Below, piece after piece: positions 47,601 to 56,012 of a stretch of 64,000 bases of DNA. Every line of letters begins with the position of its first letter. Positions within the stretch are counted from its first letter, which is position 1. This stretch comes from an uncultured virus (IMG/VR IMGVR_UViG_3300027833_000041) (lineage: Duplodnaviria; Heunggongvirae; Uroviricota; Caudoviricetes), in the IMG/VR virus record IMGVR_UViG_3300027833_000041; one strand, 5' to 3'. Under the pieces are notes generated by a model. That model worked only from the letters and a program-made list of their open reading frames with translations, had not been told where the DNA came from and did not search any database. Both the position numbers and the translations under genes were made by a program.

Positions 47601-49507
47601 AACGCGACTTTAAAACCGCAGTTAAAGCATTTCCTAAGCAGTACCAGTTGCTAAATAAGGAGATCGGAAAGACAGGTTTTACTTATGATCAAGCTGTTAG
47701 AGTGTACCTGTGGGGTAAAGCAGGTATTAAAGTACCAGGCTTGTCACAGAAGGATACGAAAATACTGCAAGACGCTATTCGTGAAAATCCGGAGTTAATG
47801 GACTTTGCAGATGCAATGCTTGTTGTTGCCCGACGAGATACGTGGATGGAGCCGAGCGAACATTGGTCGGCAAGTACATTGCTGTCAGATCTTAACAGTA
47901 TGACCGAGAAGATTGGCCGTAAAAAATACTTAGAAGAGTTTATAGCGAACGCTGATGCAATATTTACCGAGGAAAACCTAAACAAGATTGAGGCATTGTA
48001 CGGTAGAGCACATCGTGACGCTATTGTGGACGCTTTGTATTCAATGACTAACGGTACAAACCGTGAGAAAAACACTAACAAGCAAATTAATGCTTGGTTG
48101 AATTGGATTAATGGTTCTACAGGTGCGATTATGTTCTTTAACAGACGCTCTGCATTATTGCAGATGCTTTCTACTGTTAACTTTATAAACTACTCTGATA
48201 ACAACCCTCTTAAGGCAGCCGCAGCGTTTGCTAATCAAAAGCAATACTGGACTGACTGGGCTATGATATTTAACTCAGACAAACTTAAGGAGCGCCGGGG
48301 CGGATTAAAGCAGGACGTAAGTTCTAACGAAATAGCTAGTATAGCTAACGCAAACAAGAACAGCCCTCAAGCTATTTTAGCTAGGTTATTGCAATTAGGT
48401 TTTACACCTACTCAAATTGCAGATAGTATGGCTATTGCATCTGGGGGTGCTACATTCTATCGTAATCGCGTTAACACGTATCTTAAAAAAGGCATGACCC
48501 AAAAAGAAGCTGAGCAGCAAGCTTTCTTGGATTTCTCTAAGATATCAGATGAAACACAGCAGTCTTCAGATCCAGCGCTAGTTTCTCAGGTGCAAAGAAG
48601 CAACCTAGGTCGTCTTGTATTTGCTTTCCAAAATACGCCTATGCAAATGACGCGTTTAATGAAGAAAGACGCGTTGGATATTATTAATGGCCGCGGTGAC
48701 TGGAGAGCTAAAGTAGCAAGAATTACTTATTACGGAGCGATCCAAAACTTTATATTCTCATCCTTGCAAAGCGCATTATTCGCTATGCTACCAGGTTTTG
48801 ATGACGACGACGAAGATCTTACTGCCGCTGAATTAGATAAGAAAAACGCAAAAGAAGAAGCTAAGATAGCTAGAGTGTTAAACAGTATGCTCGATACTCT
48901 GCTTAGAGGCTCAGGCGTATACGGAGCGGTTTTCTCTACTGTTAAAAACGTTATTAGAGAATACAACAAGCAAGAGGAAAAAGGATTTATGTCTGAACAT
49001 GCTTACACTGTGCTGTCTTTATTTAATATATCACCGCCTATTGGCTCTAAGGCTCGTAAAATACATAGTGCTATTCAAACAAGAAAGTTTGAGAAAGACG
49101 AGATTGCAGCACGTGGCTGGGGCGTAGTAGCAGACGGTAGATTAGATTTAGGCCCAAATTGGAGTATATTAGGTAAAGTTTTATCTGCCGCGGTTAGTGT
49201 ACCGCTTGATCGTGTGGTAGATGAGCTTACTTCTATTAGCGAAGCATTCGATGCGCGTAACAAAGCGTGGCAGCGTATAGCATTAGCCTTAGGCTGGAAA
49301 ACGTGGGACGTGGGTGCTATAGAGGAAAACGCTGAAGCTATTAAAGCAGCCGCTAAGAAAAAACGCAAGGAAGCGGGAACTAAGAAGGCAAAAGAAACCC
49401 GCAGAAAAAACAAGCCGAAAAAAATAGAAGCTAGAAAAAAGAAAGAGCAAGAATTAGAATTAATGACCCCCGCTGAAATGACTGAGTATTTAAATAAAAA
49501 CAAATAA
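41696..49507 (+). CDS. Giant internal virion / ejection protein with a zincin-like HELLH motif
   Basis: 2603 aa; IYIN...SHELLHAV...EEAMN; hydrophobic A/G-rich segments. Confidence 0.7.
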   Translation: MYKNGEDTISIAEATSSADLLGLSVENWANEYGWSLEGKTTVPGETTPPTEPVKETAAGDFSLADTSLESPEANPYLLTLEDLEGSEEDVYDRLNSKMRAIGIKLTEEGLGTNKIRLQSIQEYDPKTNPRAYVKRSLKDDNREQVLADFNSFIEQYADENYAAQFAEGREDLLKEYEQGLKNVKISDEEVEDSLIAEKAAKWRKMDTLDFGMGQRSEITLKESDFDSPEEFKAYQNWKETGLIEPSSTEVANAKVDMLEAKKSKVSQGYINALPSEDREALETVTAKNKLDLQIRIGNLESEKNSLEANNFALTNDIKAYEENPTEEGYLAIKRDAAALIEQESDYNSFLDTLQSEETQIALRATQDFSKTYNLVSKLGVNFKDLAINIGYGAYQITNALGAAKLAAIIPGVGIGEAFEAGIKTAEQNAKEILQGAEKEKGRLSQGVAFEDIDLSKPSTLINWAGNTAVQAIPSLTMAFTGPAAMPLFFASGYGSKAAELATQEYAAADRMLANKKLLVSGTLTDEERLSIEAQMDADAEIVNMPLWKEMSVSAISGAAEVVFERLGTMAILKGVNKAVNPLRPQIAKAVAKSANQEGLTEAATEITNNFASIYILGEDKNIMDGALESYAGGALIGAPLQLKQSLPAVYKNLAHQYMTNAEIEAYRSKIEKIKELSGLENIDSLLNPAAPLPKNISPEIKQLIEEVQTEGELLEDNAISRMNSRLSAEDLAAVGEANLKMRQINQRLISLAESGASIAEIDAAKNTLQEQFDNLSSQREAILTDNSGQRKAARHNASLKVSIDAKTAFEVAFKQELAQKQAMSGARFDKLDDVSKNKYLKKAKESGAENINQAAKLEFFIETNKKQLAVDEANARNLLEELGLTNQIISLSDAEFRKKFPKSDKNTDAFIDDATGDIYINVDKSAASGKVAVYSHELLHAVAKQSIGNDAANKAGEKLLNWLENNTTETSAYIKNKLDFFYKEGDVKDAAYYEEAMNALSDYIAEGNKVDLGALTQINLFLNKVFSKSSPQLSIEDGAQTFAFIAEYANKNRNAKTKAIIKNFVDEAKGLDEEEAPVSNKKSKSLLSDINALVPESVQTQEQFFDRKVFNPIYNDGKLHPAIANYIRSRSVSKEEAQKIIESVGDRLINFNPEAKRKSGDARITLGEFIFSNVNFGKLDARKALFEEGQERAQTESTDSETAKQVVAREDASTPVAEKPVYKSLIQRRIVDADVLKSIKAKVKSTVRVMKTRMDESVSKNVTVKPYIAELRKAMGKQADIDLKKAMGGKKDGQLRKFLLRNKAAILENMTTTYLMTAMPNAIQKKVDGVWTSDWKGKKIDRESVDTDKAGRTSGAELVRRLPNASTRLSDADYLSNILDASGAPIRGRKESLAKAISEELSFDIINDALQDPNSKIRKAYESRQELLGAELSDAFVQEVARDVERGSVKRSASIRAMSPEQRMAWESKRDEFSKRMVGVDEDYSVRSIRNDLKAVYGDTFTAKQYSDLAKDLLKIFKSIKRIDIKELGIAKEDISDILKEIDNDIDFVENVHKMTGASATVADLFRSRAKIAESKEAIVDILKLNNVPAAVAKSFMARTFANSGRIGVFKKDGTVKKDSRQDFFYNVADVQSALVGEGKLYTQEEWDNAETMAASADVKASYLNGKFENSAELQAQDAATANAAWELTSTIVKGLKNYSPDVQAMVIAAMNSGTNTVARVAAPVTHIAEGATSKNTKSYRYEHATPARAILALMFKSYVQGGKSIDMDALKADYKVAIIPLAMDKVVTAAGFAARQAIGYVPGQTPWYKRYYNIFTLGKIQYALKPFAGGELIGEKYAKAYNTKQSFDVNSKQYLKAVKDVKAVETTKASKSIDTSLSKEFNNILERKTGVEAFKTFSAVQAQKRGEKKGRFKFFIAPSVDDFRGLVNYAFAGKGKQGEADMKWLEDNLMTPYAKGIAAINGIRQQIKRDFKTAVKAFPKQYQLLNKEIGKTGFTYDQAVRVYLWGKAGIKVPGLSQKDTKILQDAIRENPELMDFADAMLVVARRDTWMEPSEHWSASTLLSDLNSMTEKIGRKKYLEEFIANADAIFTEENLNKIEALYGRAHRDAIVDALYSMTNGTNREKNTNKQINAWLNWINGSTGAIMFFNRRSALLQMLSTVNFINYSDNNPLKAAAAFANQKQYWTDWAMIFNSDKLKERRGGLKQDVSSNEIASIANANKNSPQAILARLLQLGFTPTQIADSMAIASGGATFYRNRVNTYLKKGMTQKEAEQQAFLDFSKISDETQQSSDPALVSQVQRSNLGRLVFAFQNTPMQMTRLMKKDALDIINGRGDWRAKVARITYYGAIQNFIFSSLQSALFAMLPGFDDDDEDLTAAELDKKNAKEEAKIARVLNSMLDTLLRGSGVYGAVFSTVKNVIREYNKQEEKGFMSEHAYTVLSLFNISPPIGSKARKIHSAIQTRKFEKDEIAARGWGVVADGRLDLGPNWSILGKVLSAAVSVPLDRVVDELTSISEAFDARNKAWQRIALALGWKTWDVGAIEENAEAIKAAAKKKRKEAGTKKAKETRRKNKPKKIEARKKKEQELELMTPAEMTEYLNKNK

Positions 49508-49971
49508 TGAGATTATCAGATAACTTAAGCGTTGCTGAGGTGATTAAATCAACCACAGCAAAGAGATGCGGCATCAGTAATGAGCCTACAATAGAACATT
49601 TGGAAAATTTAAAGGCAATTGCGCTAAACATCTTCCAACCAGCGCGTAATTATTTTAAAAACCCTATTGCCGTTACTTCCGGATATCGCAGCGAAGCTCT
49701 TAATGAGCGCATTGGCGGAAGCAAAACCTCACAACATTCCAAAGGTCAAGCTCTTGACTTAGACGCTCACACATTCGGTGAGCTGACCAACAAAGAATTA
49801 TTTCATTATATTTCCGAGCACACTGACTTTGATCAGTTGATATGGGAATTTGGTACAGAAGATGAACCGGATTGGGTGCATGTTTCTTACGTTGATAACC
49901 AAGCAAACCGTGGAGAAAGATTAATAGCCTATAAAAAAGAAGGCAGAACAAAATACAAGTACTTTAAATAG
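49507..49971 (+). CDS. Endolysin, peptidase M15 family
   Basis: SGYRS, SQHSKGQALD and WVHVS motifs. Confidence 0.9.
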   Translation: MRLSDNLSVAEVIKSTTAKRCGISNEPTIEHLENLKAIALNIFQPARNYFKNPIAVTSGYRSEALNERIGGSKTSQHSKGQALDLDAHTFGELTNKELFHYISEHTDFDQLIWEFGTEDEPDWVHVSYVDNQANRGERLIAYKKEGRTKYKYFK

Positions 49972-49972
49972 C

Positions 49973-50248
49973 ATGGCAAAGGAAATTTCAGAAAACACAG
50001 TAGTAGGGCTGTCCCTAAAAACTTTAGGTGCTATAATAGCGGGTGTAGGAGTAATTACACTCGGGTATTTTGACCTACAAGCAGGTATTGAAGAAGCTAA
50101 GCTTTTACCGCCTGCCGAAATTGGTAGAATGGAATACGATCTTAAAGATCAATTAATCCGCGAAACAATAATGAACACACAGAATGACGTGGGCGATATC
50201 AAAAAGCAACTTGATAAAATAGAAGAAAGACTATTTGAAATGAAATAA
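49973..50248 (+). CDS. Single-TM, coiled-coil membrane protein
   Basis: LGAIIAGVGVITLGY followed by heptads. Confidence 0.7.
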   Translation: MAKEISENTVVGLSLKTLGAIIAGVGVITLGYFDLQAGIEEAKLLPPAEIGRMEYDLKDQLIRETIMNTQNDVGDIKKQLDKIEERLFEMK

Positions 50249-50249
50249 C

Positions 50250-50600
50250 ATGAAAAACACAATCCTTTTATTAATAGCATTTACACTTTGCTCGTTTGCT
50301 TCTAGTACTATTAGCAAGCGAGGTATAGTTTTAGTGCATTACAACGCGGGTTTTAACGCTGCAAACAATTATGTAGATGTTGTTAAAATTAAAGACGCTA
50401 AAATATTCAAAGCTACCATTGATGGTAACGCAACTCTTAAGCAAGACGAGCGCATAAGATCAGTGCCAACTTTAATACTGTATAAAAACGGTAAAGAAAT
50501 TATGAGATGGGAAGCGGGTATTGATTTGTCTTTAAAGCATATAGATTACCGCGAAATACAAAAGGAAGTTGACCAGCTAACAGGAGCTAATAAGTTTTAA
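50250..50600 (+). CDS. Exported thioredoxin-like protein lacking CxxC
   Basis: Signal peptide; IRSVPTLILYKNGKE cis-Pro motif. Confidence 0.7.
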   Translation: MKNTILLLIAFTLCSFASSTISKRGIVLVHYNAGFNAANNYVDVVKIKDAKIFKATIDGNATLKQDERIRSVPTLILYKNGKEIMRWEAGIDLSLKHIDYREIQKEVDQLTGANKF

Positions 50601-50602
50601 GC

Positions 50603-51694
50603 ATGAAAAATTTACTTATAACATTTTTTATATCAACCTCGGCGTTTGGGCAGGGATTGTTAAAGTACAGCACGTTGTACACCAGTGTGTACGGAGCGTC
50701 GCCAATGGAAGCACAGTCAGAGTACTTTGTTTCTCAAGGTGGGGACCTAATGGATATAACCATTGAAAACCCGTTTGATTACAGATATACATTTGGCATT
50801 CGCCGTGTGGCTCGTTACGATTACGAAAAAAGACAAAACCCATTTTACGATGGCCACAACCAGTCTACGACATCTTTATTCGCGACGGTTGGCGCTGTTG
50901 AGGGGTTTGAGTACTTAGCTCAGTTTGATCGCGGCAGGCAGCAAGGCAATGATTATATAAACCAGCGTTACTTCCTTAGGTACTTAGCTAACTATTGGAT
51001 GGTAAAAGCAGAGCTGTTTAACCAAGGGCTAGTTAATTTAGATTACACTCAGGTTGAAGTAAGAGGTAGACTGCACGTTGGTGAAGTTGATTTTAGCTTA
51101 GGCGTTGCAGCGAGACAGCACCAAGCTTATGGCTACAACCCTATTGCGGAATATTTAGTTAACAACCAATGGTGGGACTTAGTACGCGGTATGGGTTACC
51201 AAGATATCTATTTCGGTATTGATTACGATAACGACGATGAGGTGGAAGACGGGGATTGGTATTGGCTAGACCCTAACGGTAATAAAGTTGCGGATACAGA
51301 TCTTGATTTTAGAAAGTATATATATGGTGATATTGTAAACACGTACAACGCAGAGCAGTTATCAGGCATTGGCGCGCTTGGCTCTTTATCGGCCATAGTT
51401 GGTATTGATTACTACCACTATTCAGAAAAATTTTGGATGCACTCATGGGCGAGTATGTTACCGTGGCACATGCATATTATAGGAGACCACGAGTTTTCCT
51501 ACGAGCAGTTTGCTGATGAGCTAGAAAATACAAATCATTTTATACCAGGGCAATGGATCGACTATAACTTCGGTGGTGTCATCGGCTATAAGATAGGATT
51601 GAACTGGGGTATATTCGCGGAAGGTGAGTATATGAAATACTGGGATAAAGAAGTGTTCGAAATAAAAGCAGGTATTAATTACCAATTTAGATAA
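50603..51694 (+). CDS. Putative outer-membrane beta-barrel protein
   Basis: Signal peptide (SAFG/Q), aromatic-rich alternating strands, C-terminal GINYQFR. Confidence 0.65.
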   Translation: MKNLLITFFISTSAFGQGLLKYSTLYTSVYGASPMEAQSEYFVSQGGDLMDITIENPFDYRYTFGIRRVARYDYEKRQNPFYDGHNQSTTSLFATVGAVEGFEYLAQFDRGRQQGNDYINQRYFLRYLANYWMVKAELFNQGLVNLDYTQVEVRGRLHVGEVDFSLGVAARQHQAYGYNPIAEYLVNNQWWDLVRGMGYQDIYFGIDYDNDDEVEDGDWYWLDPNGNKVADTDLDFRKYIYGDIVNTYNAEQLSGIGALGSLSAIVGIDYYHYSEKFWMHSWASMLPWHMHIIGDHEFSYEQFADELENTNHFIPGQWIDYNFGGVIGYKIGLNWGIFAEGEYMKYWDKEVFEIKAGINYQFR

Positions 51695-51702
51695 TAAAAG
51701 TT

Positions 51703-52170
51703 ATGTACAAACAAAATCCAAAATCGCCTGTATTAAAGGCGTTAAAAGGCAATCAAGGAAAACTACCACAGCATTTACAAGATGCAATTAAAGCTGCGCC
51801 TGAATCTCCAGCTAAACAAATTGTAGGCCCAAAGCCTAAGAAAAAAATTATTCCAGGTGAGGAGCTTACAGGAAAAAAACCAAAGGCCAATAAAACTTTT
51901 AAAAAAGAGCCGCTTGGCCCATATAAGCCCGCGCCAAAATCTCCAGCAAAACAGACAACAGCCGGCGAATTCGCTCACAAAAAGTCTTTAAAAGAAAAAG
52001 AGATGGGGAGGAGCACAAAAGTTGTAGACAAGTTTACATCAGCTCTTGAGGCACCGTTCAGTGACAAAACATACAGTGAGCTAAAAAAAGAAAAGCGTGC
52101 TAAGCAGAAAGCTAAGTATGACGCTAAGTCTCCAGCTAAAAACTATAAAAAAGGATATTATGGCGTTTAA
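51703..52170 (+). CDS. Basic protein with repeated SPAK motifs
   Basis: KSPVLK, ESPAKQ, KSPAKQ, KSPAKN. Confidence 0.75.
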   Translation: MYKQNPKSPVLKALKGNQGKLPQHLQDAIKAAPESPAKQIVGPKPKKKIIPGEELTGKKPKANKTFKKEPLGPYKPAPKSPAKQTTAGEFAHKKSLKEKEMGRSTKVVDKFTSALEAPFSDKTYSELKKEKRAKQKAKYDAKSPAKNYKKGYYGV

Positions 52171-52303
52171 AATGTCATCGCCCTTTAAACTTAAAGACGC
52201 ATGTTACCATAAGGTAAAAGCACAATACGACGTATTTCCATCGGCATACGCGTCTGGTGCTATTGCAAAGTGTAGAAAGAATAAGGGGAAAAAGAAGAAG
52301 TAA
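52160..52303 (+). CDS. Small basic protein (MAFKMSSPFKLKDACYHKVK...PSAYASGA)
   Basis: Start moved to ATG 52160. Confidence 0.75.
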   Translation: MAFKMSSPFKLKDACYHKVKAQYDVFPSAYASGAIAKCRKNKGKKKK

Positions 52304-52587
52304 TGTATAAACAAAACTCACCGTTCAAAAAAGTCAGAAAGACTAAAGAAGGTTTAGCTCTTAAACGATGGTTTAAAGAAGACTGGAGAACACCTAGTGG
52401 TAGTAAAGACTACAGCGACGGTGATGTTGTGTTTAGACCTACAAAGAAAGTTAGCAAAGATACTCCTAAAACGTACAGTGAGTTAAGTCCTTCAGACATA
52501 GCTGCCGGCAGAAGAGAAAGAAAAGCTAAAGGCAGAGTATCGAAATACGATAGATCAGAACTAAAGAAAAACAAAAAGAAAAAATGA
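52303..52587 (+). CDS. Small basic protein (LKRWFKEDW...RPTKKVSKDTP)
   Basis: ORF track; N-terminal SPFKK. Confidence 0.75.
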   Translation: MYKQNSPFKKVRKTKEGLALKRWFKEDWRTPSGSKDYSDGDVVFRPTKKVSKDTPKTYSELSPSDIAAGRRERKAKGRVSKYDRSELKKNKKKK

Positions 52588-52991
52588 GAAAAGGAATCGG
52601 ACCTAAACAGCTAGGCTCTCCGCTAAAGCTAGACAAAGGAAGAAAAAAGGGTAAAAAAAATCGCAAAGACTATAGTCAAGACGCTACATTTAATGATTAT
52701 GATGTAATGAAAGCTTCAATGCCTGACACTTACGCTCCTTCCGATACTATATTTAAATCATTCAGCATCGATGGGGGAGTTTCAGCAAATAAAGGAGCGA
52801 GCCAAGCACAGCGAGCTGCTGGGAAAATGGCTGGCGCTGGAAATAGTTATAGCACTAGATTTTTGCAGCCTAATGACCGCGTTCAATATAGAACCACAAA
52901 CGAGGCCGGCCAAAGTGGAATTACTACGTTAACCAAGTACAATAAAAAAGATATGGTTGACTCTGTTGTTAAAAAGAAAAACAAAAAATAA
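52584..52991 (+). CDS. Basic hypothetical protein
   Basis: ORF track; N-terminal GSPLK. Confidence 0.7.
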   Translation: MRKGIGPKQLGSPLKLDKGRKKGKKNRKDYSQDATFNDYDVMKASMPDTYAPSDTIFKSFSIDGGVSANKGASQAQRAAGKMAGAGNSYSTRFLQPNDRVQYRTTNEAGQSGITTLTKYNKKDMVDSVVKKKNKK

Positions 52992-52994
52992 ATA

Positions 52995-53031
52995 ATAAAA
53001 GGGGACCCAATTACGGATCCCCTTTATTTTT
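52995..53031. terminator. Bidirectional terminator at the convergence of the two arms
   Basis: AAAAGGGGACCC...GGATCCCCTTT flanked by A and T tracts. Confidence 0.8.
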
Positions 53032-54750
53032 TTAACCATCACAAGCAACGCAATCATCCATTGCAGCTGCAGCTAAATCGCCCCGCAGCACTGATTCCGT
53101 CCTCGTGTAATACAAGGTTTTAACACCTTGCTTCCAAGCTTCCATATGGACTTTGTTAATCCACTTTGGTGTAGCTTCAGAAGGGAAAGCTAGATTTAAA
53201 CTAACCGATTGGTCAATGTACTGCTGCCGTATTCCGGCTTGCCTTACTAATTCCAATTGGTTAATTTCTTTAAACGTTTTAAATACGTTCTTAATTGGCT
53301 CGTCCCAATCACCCATTAACAAACCATCGAGTTCTTCGATGTTCTGCACTGAGCCGCCATCGGCTAGGATTTGATTCCAAATCTTTTCAGTGTTTATTTC
53401 ATTATCTTCTAAAACACTTTCAAGAACAGGGTTTCTACGTATGAAAGTACCTTTAGCACTTTGCTCTGTAAATACGTTCGCGGCCCACGGCTCAATGCCT
53501 GGAGAAACGTTCCCAGCCAGTTTACTATTACTAACGGTAGGAGCAATAGCCCTAAGATGAGTGTTACGCATCCCAGCACCGACGCACCAAAGAGGTTCAC
53601 CATAGACATCGGCCAGGTCCCTTGAAGCGCGCTCGCTTTCAATCTTGATTTGAGAGAATATTTTTCTTGTTTCATATTGTGCTGATAATCCTTCAAAAGG
53701 TATGCCTCTGTCTTGCAAGTATGTATGCCAGCCTAAGACGCCAAGACCTAATGGTCTACCCTTAACTGCTGAGCGCACTGCATTTTCAAAACCACGCAAG
53801 CCTTTTGCTCGTTGTATAAATTCTTCCATAACACCATCTAAGAACCATGTAGCATGGTAAATAAGATCAGTGCCTTTCCATTCATCGTACTTAGACAAGT
53901 TAAGCGAGCTCAAACAACATACAAAGCTGTGTGACTCGTCTGTATGCAGTGTAATCTCACTACATATGTTTGTCATATGTACTTTTAAACCATTTGACTT
54001 ATATGCTTCTGGATTGTTCTTATTAACGTTCCCTTTAAACATAATGTACGGTTCTCCAGTTGCTTTTCGCTTTCTAAGAAGTTTACTCCATCGAGTTCTT
54101 GCTTCCTTATCGCCTTGTTCAAGTCGTCGCATAAACTTATCACCAACAATTGCGCACTGATGGAGATTAAGCGATTGTCGGTTAACATCGCCCTTCGGTT
54201 CTCTGATTTCCAACCACTCTTCAAAATCAGGGTGTTCAATGTTGATGTTAACTGATGCTGCTCCTCTTCTAACAGATCCTTGATTAGTTGCAAGGATTGT
54301 TGAGTCATAGATTTTGCAAAAAGGTACGACTCCGTCTGATGTTCCATTTCCTGTAATTTTAGCTCCGGCGGGTCTTATCATATTAATGCCAACACCCACA
54401 CCGCCACCGTGTTTTGCTAGCAACATCATTTCTAAGTTCTTAGAGCCGATATCCTGGATACTATCCGCGACATCGATTCCAAAGCAACTAATCGGTAAGC
54501 CTCTATCGGTACCGGTATTTGAAAGTACAGGAGAAGCCAGGTTAAGCCAACCTTTCCATATGTAATCAAAAAATACATCAGCAAGTTCTGGTTTATATAA
54601 TCTTCGTGCAACTGTTTTAGCTACACGTTCGTAAGCATCTTTGGGGGTCTCGCCTTGCAGCAAGTACCCACCAGAGATTGTTTTTCTGTATACTTCGGTA
54701 TCGCCCCACTCCGGGTAGTCGGTACCTTTTACCCATTCATTATTCCACAT
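53032..54750 (-). CDS. nrdA: Class I ribonucleotide reductase alpha subunit, compact with no ATP cone
   Basis: ISCF, TNICSEI, APTVSNS, LYYTR and C-terminal CVACDG. Confidence 0.95.
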   Translation of the reverse strand: MWNNEWVKGTDYPEWGDTEVYRKTISGGYLLQGETPKDAYERVAKTVARRLYKPELADVFFDYIWKGWLNLASPVLSNTGTDRGLPISCFGIDVADSIQDIGSKNLEMMLLAKHGGGVGVGINMIRPAGAKITGNGTSDGVVPFCKIYDSTILATNQGSVRRGAASVNINIEHPDFEEWLEIREPKGDVNRQSLNLHQCAIVGDKFMRRLEQGDKEARTRWSKLLRKRKATGEPYIMFKGNVNKNNPEAYKSNGLKVHMTNICSEITLHTDESHSFVCCLSSLNLSKYDEWKGTDLIYHATWFLDGVMEEFIQRAKGLRGFENAVRSAVKGRPLGLGVLGWHTYLQDRGIPFEGLSAQYETRKIFSQIKIESERASRDLADVYGEPLWCVGAGMRNTHLRAIAPTVSNSKLAGNVSPGIEPWAANVFTEQSAKGTFIRRNPVLESVLEDNEINTEKIWNQILADGGSVQNIEELDGLLMGDWDEPIKNVFKTFKEINQLELVRQAGIRQQYIDQSVSLNLAFPSEATPKWINKVHMEAWKQGVKTLYYTRTESVLRGDLAAAAMDDCVACDG

Positions 54751-54898
54751 TATCTAATACTTTTTTACTTAAAAATAAAGGGCTGCCATCTTTGTAGCTA
54801 ATCTGCCATACGTGTTCTTTTTCAACAACAATAAGCGGTCGTCCCTTAAATAATTTTGGGTATTTTTCTAATACGTATTCTTTTATTTTATTTTCCAT
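54740..54898 (-). CDS. 52-aa protein between nrdB and nrdA
   Basis: Translated by hand (MENKIKEYVLEKYP...); coupled to the nrdB stop. Confidence 0.55.
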   Translation of the reverse strand: MENKIKEYVLEKYPKLFKGRPLIVVEKEHVWQISYKDGSPLFLSKKVLDNVE

Positions 54899-55866
54899 TA
54901 CCATATGTCTTCAAAATCTTCCCCTTCGTTAGCTTTAGAATAGTCTGTCGGTCTAATTGCAAAGAAATCAGTATGTGTTACACCACCTGTAAGATGGTAA
55001 AACCAATCTAGTTTCTTAGCCGATCCTTCCACGAAAGGAAAATAATTACCGAGATCAATATAGCCAAGCTCAACAAGCTTTTCATTTGTTCTCTTTTTAA
55101 TAAAATTCTTTAAATCTTCAGCAGCTATGCCTTCAATATCACCAGCCTCAAACATTTTATCTATGTAATCTTCTTCAAGCTTTACCATAGTAGCCGCGGC
55201 ATTAATAACATCTTCTCGACATTGCTCCATTAATTTAGCATCTTCTTCGCACATATGGCGAAACAGCTGGCATCCCATTTTACTGTGCAGCGATTCATCT
55301 CTTACGCTCCACTTCATCTGCTGGCCAATACCTTTAAGCAAATTGCGTAGTTGGAAAGAATACAACACAGCAAAAGCTGAGTACAGACTAACGCCTTCCG
55401 CAAACGCGCTGAATACAGCCAGTGATTTAGCTATGCCTAACTTATCTGTACCATCGTATGCGACTAGATTATCAAACCTAGAGGCTGTTGCGGGCTCGTG
55501 TAAGAAGGCTTCATAATCTTCTAAGCCTAACGTCTCATTGAGGTAACTATAAGCTACCGCGTGGACTGTTTCTTGTGAGCCAAACATCATAGCCATCTGC
55601 TGTATTTCGTGCTTAGGGAACCAGCCAACAACTTTTTGTGTCCAGTAATCAGACACAGCGCACTCTGTCTGTGCAAAACCTAAAAGTATATTACCCACTA
55701 AGTTTTTTTCAGCGGGCGTAAGCTTCTCGTTCCAGTCTTTGATGTCGCTTTGCATTGATATTTCAGTGTGCAACCAAAATGCTTGTGCTTGTTTTAACCA
55801 ACCTTCCGTGTAATATTCTGGATATTCAAAAGGCTTGTAAGCTATTCGTTCATTAAACAACCCCAT
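54898..55866 (-). CDS. nrdB: Ribonucleotide reductase beta subunit
   Basis: ETVHAVAY, EGVSLYSAF, RDESLH, DFFAIRPTDY. Confidence 0.95.
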   Translation of the reverse strand: MGLFNERIAYKPFEYPEYYTEGWLKQAQAFWLHTEISMQSDIKDWNEKLTPAEKNLVGNILLGFAQTECAVSDYWTQKVVGWFPKHEIQQMAMMFGSQETVHAVAYSYLNETLGLEDYEAFLHEPATASRFDNLVAYDGTDKLGIAKSLAVFSAFAEGVSLYSAFAVLYSFQLRNLLKGIGQQMKWSVRDESLHSKMGCQLFRHMCEEDAKLMEQCREDVINAAATMVKLEEDYIDKMFEAGDIEGIAAEDLKNFIKKRTNEKLVELGYIDLGNYFPFVEGSAKKLDWFYHLTGGVTHTDFFAIRPTDYSKANEGEDFEDIW

Positions 55867-56012
55867 TAGCCCTCAGTTTGAAATGCAATATCAAAAAACG
55901 GTAAGTAGAGCACGTGTGATGTCATGTCCTCTGCATAATAAGATCGGGCACCTATTAAGACGCCTGGGTAAAAACCTATTGTGATAGCCCAGCCTTTATT
56001 GTTTTCGCTCAT
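55866..56012 (-). CDS. 48-aa hypothetical protein
   Basis: Translated by hand (MSENNKGWAITIGFYPG...); TAATG-coupled to nrdB. Confidence 0.6.
   Translation of the reverse strand: MSENNKGWAITIGFYPGVLIGARSYYAEDMTSHVLYLPFFDIAFQTEG

Noticed and set aside
42877..49503. Antisense ORFs inside the 2603-aa gene
   Set aside because: Typical opposite-strand shadows with S/L/F/A-rich composition
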